20,000 nt of DNA, taken from IMG/VR virus record IMGVR_UViG_3300020183_000048, one strand, 5' to 3'. Shown piece after piece: positions 8,563-13,738 of this stretch. Under the pieces are notes generated by a model, which saw only the letters and a list, made by a program, of their open reading frames with translations, had not been told where the DNA came from and made no database searches. The position numbers were made by a program, and so were the translations under genes. The DNA is from an uncultured virus (IMG/VR IMGVR_UViG_3300020183_000048) (lineage: Duplodnaviria; Heunggongvirae; Uroviricota; Caudoviricetes). The first letter of the stretch is position 1. Every line of letters begins with the position of its first letter.

Positions 8563-8692
8563 GGTGTGCAGGACTGCCACAGGAGCGGTAGAAGGCGATC
8601 ATGGACTCCGCCTCGGCCAGAGTACGGAAGAACTGCGAGCGCCACTCACAGGCGTTGTAGGGTGTCTGGTAGCGGACTTCGTAGCGGATCAT
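8552..8692 (-). CDS. Small hypothetical protein (46 aa)
   Basis: Manual translation MIRYEVRYQTPYNACEWRSQFFRTLAEAESMIAFYRSCGSPAHLAP*; ATGA-coupled to the upstream ORF. Confidence 0.75.
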   Translation of the reverse strand: MIRYEVRYQTPYNACEWRSQFFRTLAEAESMIAFYRSCGSPAHLAP

Positions 8693-8805
8693 TGGTTGTG
8701 GATCAGGTTAGCGGTGTGATGAAGAAAATCAGCGGTGATGGCACGGATCGGTGCCAGTGGCTGCCACAGTATCATGACCGCGACAGCAAGCACAAGAGTT
8801 TTCAT
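8689..8805 (-). CDS. Small hydrophobic protein (38 aa)
   Basis: Manual translation MKTLVLAVAVMILWQPLAPIRAITADFLHHTANLIHNQ*; TGATG-coupled. Confidence 0.65.
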   Translation of the reverse strand: MKTLVLAVAVMILWQPLAPIRAITADFLHHTANLIHNQ

Positions 8806-8972
8806 CAGTAGCTGTTCAGGAAGTCATGCAGCGCCTCTTGATACTCGGCCTCGGTGTTGAAGGTACGAGCACCGATCGTGCAGGGGAACTGACGACGAGG
8901 AGCGGGACGCTTGGACGGCTCTTTGCCCTGGGAGAGGATCTGAGCGACGTAGGGGTTGGTGGTGTTGTTCAT
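8805..8972 (-). CDS. Small hypothetical protein (55 aa, possibly leaderless)
   Basis: Manual translation MNNTTNPYVAQILSQGKEPSKRPAPRRQFPCTIGARTFNTEAEYQEALHDFLNSY*; ATG is 6 nt after the -10 of P5. Confidence 0.75.
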   Translation of the reverse strand: MNNTTNPYVAQILSQGKEPSKRPAPRRQFPCTIGARTFNTEAEYQEALHDFLNSY

Positions 8973-9036
8973 GTGGCTATTATACAGACTGGCCGTGGGG
9001 TCGGTGGGGGGCGGTGGACAGTTAGACGATTGTCAC
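8973..9036 (-). promoter_or_regulatory. Cassette promoter P5
   Basis: GTGACAATCGTCTAACTGTCCAC (9036-9014), then CTG-TATAAT-AGCCAC (-10 at 8984-8979). No canonical -35. 24 bp identical to P4 (8964-8987 = 8519-8542). Confidence 0.8.
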
Positions 9037-9104
9037 AGACCAGCAAAAGCAAACAGCTTGTTGATTAGGTGTAGAATAATCACAACCAGGATAAGCTCAA
9101 TCAT
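9033..9104 (-). CDS. Possible 23-aa hydrophobic peptide
   Basis: MIELILVVIILHLINKLFAFAGL*; the stop falls inside the P5 palindrome, as for other cassette genes. Confidence 0.45.
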   Translation of the reverse strand: MIELILVVIILHLINKLFAFAGL

Positions 9105-9139
9105 TTTATTGTAGCAGTGGTATTTGTATGTAGAAAGGA

Positions 9140-9481
9140 TCATGCGAACATGAAACTTCCGTCAAACTCGTACTCATTGAACACAGGGGAAGATCCTGCC
9201 TGTCCGATGAACTTATGAACGAACCACTTGAAGTTCCGTTGAAATACACATTCACCCTTGATTGCGTGAATCTTGAGAATAGCATTCAGACGGGATTTGG
9301 TGGTGGCAGTTTGATACCCACCGTCGAAGATTTCCACCCAATCATTGCCCACACTGGCGATGTGGTTGTCGTAAAGATAAACGAAGGAAACGTCACCGAT
9401 ATTGATGACCTGGGTGTTGCCGCACTTCCAGTCGCGGGAAGCACAGATGGCATCGTTCATCTGTTGTTCGATCTTTCGCAT
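9140..9481 (-). CDS. Phage hypothetical protein (113 aa)
   Basis: MRKIE.QM..AI...W..GNT.V and DGG.QT.TTKSRLNAIL motifs, recalled from phage proteins; AGGA RBS downstream of P6. Confidence 0.85.
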   Translation of the reverse strand: MRKIEQQMNDAICASRDWKCGNTQVINIGDVSFVYLYDNHIASVGNDWVEIFDGGYQTATTKSRLNAILKIHAIKGECVFQRNFKWFVHKFIGQAGSSPVFNEYEFDGSFMFA

Positions 9482-9499
9482 GGGGGTGTCCTGTGAACT

Positions 9500-9565
9500 G
9501 TGTTCAGTATGTCAGAGAATGGGGGGCATTGCAACCCCCCCTTGTGCCACTGGTCAGTCTGTCAC
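9500..9565 (-). promoter_or_regulatory. Cassette promoter P6
   Basis: GTGACAGACTGACCAGTGGCAC (9565-9544); G-run/C-run hairpin enclosing TTGCAA (9534-9529); 17 nt; CATACT (9511-9506). Confidence 0.78.
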
Positions 9566-9796
9566 ACTCTCAATCAGTTCTGCGACAGTTTCTTCATCAT
9601 AAACGAAGAACACTTCTTCTAAAATCTGTTGCGGTTCTTGAATCATAAGATTCTCCGTGATGGTATCAAACACGAACTGCATCAAACATTTCGTGTCCAT
9701 GTCATCAATGATACGATCAGCGTAAGCATCAACGAACTCACGAATCTGCTCAGCGTTGAGTGATTCGTATTTGGCGTAAAGTTCTTCAGTGGTCAT
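9554..9796 (-). CDS. Small acidic hypothetical protein (80 aa)
   Basis: TGATG-coupled ORF; stop inside the P6 palindrome. Confidence 0.8.
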   Translation of the reverse strand: MTTEELYAKYESLNAEQIREFVDAYADRIIDDMDTKCLMQFVFDTITENLMIQEPQQILEEVFFVYDEETVAELIESVTD

Positions 9797-9954
9797 CAGT
9801 TGTCTCCGAAGTTGTTGACAAGGAAATCTTCAAGTTCACAAAGTTCCACCTCATCCAAGGAGGAAATGTAGTTGTGCAAAGTATCTACTAAGACACCATT
9901 ATTCTGTTGGCAAGTTTTATACAGAAACTCAAAGAGTTGTGTTTTGGTAGTCAT
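9796..9954 (-). CDS. Small hypothetical protein (52 aa)
   Basis: Manual translation MTTKTQLFEFLYKTCQQNNGVLVDTLHNYISSLDEVELCELEDFLVNNFGDN*; overlaps neighbours at both ends. Confidence 0.75.
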   Translation of the reverse strand: MTTKTQLFEFLYKTCQQNNGVLVDTLHNYISSLDEVELCELEDFLVNNFGDN

Positions 9955-10151
9955 TTGAGAACGTGGCGATAATCAATGGATTTGACACACCAACCTGTAG
10001 CGGCAGTGATCTCTTCAATGAGATCTTCTTCATCATCTGCTTCCCACATACCAATGCATCCTTCGGTTACAATGTGTTGAGTTTGTTCGGGGGGATAAAC
10101 ATCATCCTCCATCTCAAAATCGAGTTCGATGTCATCAACTTGGAATTGCAT
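9951..10151 (-). CDS. Small acidic hypothetical protein (66 aa)
   Basis: Coupled ORF; WEADDEEDLIEEIT..TGWCV.SIDY motif. Confidence 0.8.
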   Translation of the reverse strand: MQFQVDDIELDFEMEDDVYPPEQTQHIVTEGCIGMWEADDEEDLIEEITAATGWCVKSIDYRHVLK

Positions 10152-10327
10152 CAGAAACGAATGATAGGGTGGTCTACATCAAGCACCTGACATTCATCAG
10201 TTGCAAACACTAACTCAACAATGAGTTGGTAATACTCATCGGTGCCAGTATCATAGACGGCAACATCAGAATTGAGTTGATCTTCGTTGAGTTGTTGCAA
10301 CTGTTGCAGGAGTTCTTTGTATGTCAT
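10151..10327 (-). CDS. Small acidic hypothetical protein (58 aa)
   Basis: Manual translation MTYKELLQQLQQLNEDQLNSDVAVYDTGTDEYYQLIVELVFATDECQVLDVDHPIIRF*; TGATG overlaps at both ends. Confidence 0.78.
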   Translation of the reverse strand: MTYKELLQQLQQLNEDQLNSDVAVYDTGTDEYYQLIVELVFATDECQVLDVDHPIIRF

Positions 10328-10527
10328 CAGAATTGCCCAGGGAGACAGCCGTTCTCATCCAGAATACCACAACACCAACCCTGGCCGTGGTAGAAGCCAA
10401 TGTAAAGATCCCAGATTGACAGACCAAAGGCCTCATCACCATAATGGCCTCGGAGATCCCAGCCCAGATAGAAGAATCGGCCTAGGTCGATGTGGGCGGT
10501 CTTGGAGCGAACGTTAAAGTGTGGCAC
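10327..10527 (-). CDS. Small aromatic-rich hypothetical protein (66 aa, GTG start)
   Basis: First ORF after P7; TGATG overlap with the next gene. Confidence 0.7.
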   Translation of the reverse strand: MPHFNVRSKTAHIDLGRFFYLGWDLRGHYGDEAFGLSIWDLYIGFYHGQGWCCGILDENGCLPGQF

Positions 10528-10536
10528 GGTCGTTTG

Positions 10537-10608
10537 CGGTTGACTTGGCTATTGTACAGGGCAGGGGCACCGTTTGGTGCCCCAGTGTGACACCTATTCA
10601 GTCGTCCA
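10537..10608 (-). promoter_or_regulatory. Cassette promoter P7
   Basis: TGGACGACTGAATAGGTGTCAC (10608-10587); perfect hairpin GGGGCACC-AAAC-GGTGCCCC; CCCTG-TACAAT-AGCC (-10 at 10556-10551). Confidence 0.8.
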
Positions 10609-10783
10609 TCCCCATGGCCTTTTTGAGGTTGTTGTAGGCGTTCAGGTAGTAGTCGGCGTCAGAATCCTTGCCAGCGATGCGGCAGTCAACAGCAAGGCAC
10701 AGCACAGCGGTTCGGACCGTGGACCACTGGGCCTCGGTCATGGTCACAGTCAGCTTGTCAAGGGGGAGAACGTTGGTTCGCAT
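10598..10783 (-). CDS. Small hypothetical protein (61 aa)
   Basis: Single ORF between P8 and P7; stop inside the P7 palindrome. Confidence 0.75.
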   Translation of the reverse strand: MRTNVLPLDKLTVTMTEAQWSTVRTAVLCLAVDCRIAGKDSDADYYLNAYNNLKKAMGMDD

Positions 10784-10793
10784 GATCTCGGTT

Positions 10794-10865
10794 CGGTTGA
10801 CTTGGCTATTGTACAGGGCATGGCCACCATCAGATGCCCCCGTGTGACAGTTCTCAGACTGGCAC
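10794..10865 (-). promoter_or_regulatory. Cassette promoter P8
   Basis: GTGCCAGTCTGAGAACTGTCAC (10865-10844); GGGCAT..ATGCCC stem; TACAAT (10813-10808). 27 bp identical to P7 (10794-10820 = 10537-10563). Confidence 0.8.
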
Positions 10866-11051
10866 CAAGCCGAACCGTTCGATCATAATATCACGTACAT
10901 GTTCACGGTCGAGACTATCACCATCCGCCCAATGTATACCAGGCGTTGTCAAGTACTGTACGGTGGCATCGATGATCATTGCATCCGTTGCTTTCATGTC
11001 ATAAATGCCACCAGGTCCATAGAATGAACGAACGTAGTTGATGAATTCCAT
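10854..11051 (-). CDS. Small hypothetical protein (65 aa)
   Basis: FINYVRSFYG.GGIY and GDSLDREHVRDI motifs; stop inside the P8 palindrome. Confidence 0.8.
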   Translation of the reverse strand: MEFINYVRSFYGPGGIYDMKATDAMIIDATVQYLTTPGIHWADGDSLDREHVRDIMIERFGLVPV

Positions 11052-11066
11052 AATCAGATCACAGTT

Positions 11067-11222
11067 TTAGTAATCATCTTCTCCAATAATGAAACCATCG
11101 GTGAATCCAGAATCGTAAGAGTTAGTATCCGTAAAGAGTTTAATCTTGAGCAACTTTGCAATCAAAAAAGGAACAACGATTGCAAGGGCACCAGGAATAA
11201 GAATAGAAAGAAGTGAAGTCAT
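11067..11222 (-). CDS. Small single-pass membrane protein (51 aa)
   Basis: Manual translation MTSLLSILIPGALAIVVPFLIAKLLKIKLFTDTNSYDSGFTDGFIIGEDDY*. Confidence 0.7.
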   Translation of the reverse strand: MTSLLSILIPGALAIVVPFLIAKLLKIKLFTDTNSYDSGFTDGFIIGEDDY

Positions 11223-11224
11223 AA

Positions 11225-11383
11225 TCAGATCACCGAAACTTCGACACGCTTGAGATTCAAACCAGCAAGTTGATTCAATACACGATTGTGGATAGAATCA
11301 CAAGCATTCTTTGCCTTTGAACGTTCGTACCAGATGGTAACACAACCGTCGTAAGTTTGGACTTCGATTCGAATGTCTTTCAT
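11225..11383 (-). CDS. Small hypothetical protein (52 aa)
   Basis: Manual translation MKDIRIEVQTYDGCVTIWYERSKAKNACDSIHNRVLNQLAGLNLKRVEVSVI*; ATGA-coupled. Confidence 0.75.
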   Translation of the reverse strand: MKDIRIEVQTYDGCVTIWYERSKAKNACDSIHNRVLNQLAGLNLKRVEVSVI

Positions 11384-11598
11384 TTGTGAATCACAGTGTT
11401 AGAATCGGGGTTGAAAGTGACCTCGGTGAGAACATCAAAATCCTCAGTCATCTTCACGTAGTTCCATTCACCTTCATTCTCACCAGTTTGGTAGATGTGA
11501 ATGAAACCTTGGGAATCGGTTTTGATGTAGCAATTCTCGTCGAAGTTCTCCTCGTCGAGAAGGTAACCTGCAGACAGGAGTGCGTGAACGAAAGTCAT
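11380..11598 (-). CDS. Small acidic hypothetical protein (72 aa)
   Basis: ATGA overlaps at both ends. Confidence 0.78.
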   Translation of the reverse strand: MTFVHALLSAGYLLDEENFDENCYIKTDSQGFIHIYQTGENEGEWNYVKMTEDFDVLTEVTFNPDSNTVIHK

Positions 11599-11813
11599 TC
11601 CGTCTCGGTGAACACTTCGCTATCATCGTCCATCGGAGTCTCGTTGTCAACGGCTTTTTGATTAGCAGTCCTCATACGTTGCATTAGCAATTCTGATTCA
11701 TATCGGCCGTTGCGACTGGTGGCATACCAGAGTATTGTGGCCACTGCGGCGAGTCCGGCCACTCCCAGGAAGGCCGTGATGTCGTTAGGAATCGTAACGT
11801 AGTCGGGTTGCAT
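11595..11813 (-). CDS. Small single-pass membrane protein (72 aa)
   Basis: ITAFLGVAGLAAVATILWYA helix; first gene after P9. Confidence 0.75.
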   Translation of the reverse strand: MQPDYVTIPNDITAFLGVAGLAAVATILWYATSRNGRYESELLMQRMRTANQKAVDNETPMDDDSEVFTETE

Positions 11814-11829
11814 CGGTTTAAATCGGTGG

Positions 11830-11872
11830 TAACTTGGCCAATATAAAACCCCCTGACTGATTTGTCAAGGGG
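11830..11872 (-). promoter_or_regulatory. Cassette promoter P9
   Basis: TTGACA-17 nt-TATATT (11868-11863; 11845-11840) within hairpin CCCCTTGAC..GTCAGGGG, followed by GGCCAAGT as in P7/P8. Confidence 0.82.
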
Positions 11873-11886
11873 CTTGTGGTTATTAC

Positions 11887-12072
11887 TTAGTAACTGTAGT
11901 CTTCATCGAATTGATTACTTTTACTTCGAGTTTTAATCTTAAAGTCTTTATATTGTTGTTGCATTTCTAGATCTCGTTCAACGAGTTTCTTTTTACCTGC
12001 ACCACGATCTTTTTTGTTCTTTGCAAAGAAGGTCGCGTGTTCTTGATTGTTTCTACGATAAGTTCTGGCCAT
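11887..12072 (-). CDS. Small basic hypothetical protein (61 aa)
   Basis: Start reassigned to MARTYRR (12072), which has AGGAG upstream. Confidence 0.7.
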   Translation of the reverse strand: MARTYRRNNQEHATFFAKNKKDRGAGKKKLVERDLEMQQQYKDFKIKTRSKSNQFDEDYSY

Positions 12073-12100
12073 TGTTAACTGTAAGTGTTCTCCTAATTGT

Positions 12101-12226
12101 TTACTCGTAATCAAATTCAATATTGAATTCAGATGCGTCATCATACTCATAATATGATGATTCACCCAATACATCATTAATAATTTCTTCTAAATCTTGT
12201 TCGGTTTCGTACATCCAGGGATCCAT
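12101..12226 (-). CDS. Small acidic hypothetical protein (41 aa)
   Basis: Manual translation MDPWMYETEQDLEEIINDVLGESSYYEYDDASEFNIEFDYE*; a CTAAATA late-promoter-like motif at 12255-12249 lies upstream. Confidence 0.6.
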   Translation of the reverse strand: MDPWMYETEQDLEEIINDVLGESSYYEYDDASEFNIEFDYE

Positions 12227-12251
12227 AGTAGTTGTATACTATTAATAATAT

Positions 12252-12548
12252 TTAGTAGTCAATCTGTGTAAATTCTAGATCCCTTTTAAGATTATTAATA
12301 AAACGACCACTGGACTTCACATTGTTCTCATCATAAAGATAATAATGTTCCATAACGGCCAGTTTTGCTTTATTGAAGTCATTACATGTATAATAATATT
12401 TTTTATCAGGTTGATCTTCACTAGTATTGTTCTGAACGTATTGAATCATAATAACTTCATTATCTACGTCAAGGCCAACCATCGAAATGGCCGATGAAGT
12501 ATCATCACATTCAACATAGAAGCGAGGATCAGAATAGCTTTTTTCCAT
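12252..12548 (-). CDS. KTSC-like domain protein (98 aa)
   Basis: Start reassigned to MEKSYS, downstream of the 12604-12576 promoter. SSAISMVGLD....IMIQY...YYY...SSGRFIN resembles the KTSC pattern. Confidence 0.6.
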   Translation of the reverse strand: MEKSYSDPRFYVECDDTSSAISMVGLDVDNEVIMIQYVQNNTSEDQPDKKYYYTCNDFNKAKLAVMEHYYLYDENNVKSSGRFINNLKRDLEFTQIDY

Positions 12549-12575
12549 TGGTAAGTTCTTTAGTGAACAATAATA

Positions 12576-12604
12576 ATAATACAGGGTCTCGGAGGGATTG
12601 TCAA
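12576..12604 (-). promoter_or_regulatory. Sigma70-type promoter P10
   Basis: TTGACA-17 nt-TATTAT with the same GACCCTG before the -10 as P1, P3 and P4. Confidence 0.8.
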
Positions 12605-12650
12605 GTGGCTTATTAATAATTAATAATAAGGCCTCTAAGCAACCTTTGAT

Positions 12651-12695
12651 CCTTGACAGAGCCATCATACTCGATTCTAGAGGCCTTTGTCAAGG
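12651..12695 (-). promoter_or_regulatory. Sigma70-type promoter inside a CCTTGACA...TGTCAAGG inverted repeat
   Basis: TTGACA (12693-12688)-18 nt-TATGAT (12669-12664). Confidence 0.6.
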
Positions 12696-12699
12696 CCAC

Positions 12700-13109
12700 T
12701 CTGAGGGTTAATGAATAATAATCAATAATACGCATATGTATAATAATAATTTAGTAATGAGAACCCTAGTAAAATCATTTAAAAAAGTTACTATTTTGAG
12801 TGTTTTTTAGAATTTCCGAGGGGTAGTAAGGTAATAGTTAATAATTAATAATATTTTACTGTTTTTCTGATTTTGAGGGTTTCAGAATATGGTATGGCCA
12901 GAGGGGTTGACAAGCCGTTCGATCCATGGTAGACTCGCTTACCTTGTACGCCCTCCGTACCTTTAGAGATATTTCCGTAGTAATCAATAATAATCGCATA
13001 TTTATACAACTTTTTTTAATCCATATTTTTCTCTCACTTATCTTTTTTTTAATCTTTTAAAGTTTTCCACAAAATCCACAGGATTGTGAAAAAACTCCGC
13101 AACTCTAAA
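12700..13109. other. AT-rich non-coding region, candidate replication origin
   Basis: No ORF; TAATAA repeats; T tracts; TTTTCCACA at 13063-13071, AAATCCACA at 13072-13080 and inverted TGTGAAAAA at 13085-13093. Confidence 0.4.
12907..12935 (+). promoter_or_regulatory. Plus-strand sigma70-type promoter with no downstream ORF
   Basis: TTGACA-17 nt-TAGACT with TG extended -10. Confidence 0.65.
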
Positions 13110-13280
13110 TTATTTCTTCATATCCTCTTCAAATGTTACCCACTTCGCTATACCAAGGCACATCAATATTGTATCATGCTCACGACGATATAATTCCCAG
13201 TCTTTTTTAACCATGGCACGATATCTTCGTTGATAGGCACAGCACCAAACATCACGAAAGATTTTATCCTTTTCAGTCAT
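13110..13280 (-). CDS. Small hypothetical protein (56 aa)
   Basis: Start MTEKDK overlaps the upstream stop (ATGA). Confidence 0.72.
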   Translation of the reverse strand: MTEKDKIFRDVWCCAYQRRYRAMVKKDWELYRREHDTILMCLGIAKWVTFEEDMKK

Positions 13281-13738
13281 TCTGCTGCTCTCCATTGTTT
13301 TCTCATTATAACATACTCTGGATCATATGCGGCAGTATCTCTCACTTTTTTAAACACTCTAGCTGCCTTTGCTTTCTCATTAGTGAGACAATCTGTTTCC
13401 TGTGGAAGAATCTCTCCTTGAAGATTATATTTCTGACCACTGGAATGATTGGCATAGCGTCTTGCTCTTGTAAAACCCATCTCCAAGAATTTCCTCGCCA
13501 TGTCCATACCAATGAAATCTTTCCTCCGTTTATAATCACAAAACATGGCGTAAATTGTATCAGCAGAATGACGAGCAGTTTCTTCATTTACAAATCTCCA
13601 GTGAGCACAAATATCGTTTGTATAAGGGCGAACCAGTAGAACTCCTTGTTCACCCCTTCCAATGCGATAAAGATGGCGATTCTCCGTAAGTGTGAAGTCC
13701 AGAACTTTATAGTCCAGGGCATAATTAAACTCTTTCAC
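13277..13738 (-). CDS. DUF4385-like protein
   Basis: YRIGRGEQGVLLV.PY, HWRF and DFIGMDMARKFLEMGFTRARRYANH motifs, recognised from memory as DUF4385. Confidence 0.82.
   Translation of the reverse strand: MKEFNYALDYKVLDFTLTENRHLYRIGRGEQGVLLVRPYTNDICAHWRFVNEETARHSADTIYAMFCDYKRRKDFIGMDMARKFLEMGFTRARRYANHSSGQKYNLQGEILPQETDCLTNEKAKAARVFKKVRDTAAYDPEYVIMRKQWRAAE

Noticed and set aside
7740..11872. CRISPR array interpretation of the repeats
   Set aside because: Repeats are degenerate promoter sequences spaced 200-1000 bp apart by intact genes; no cas genes.
7740..11872. Classical integron with attC sites
   Set aside because: No tyrosine recombinase in the window, no consistent RYYYAAC/GTTRRRY boundaries, and each unit carries its own promoter.
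12700..13109. tRNA or known structured RNA in the large gap
   Set aside because: No cloverleaf or T-loop signature seen; low-complexity AT-rich sequence.
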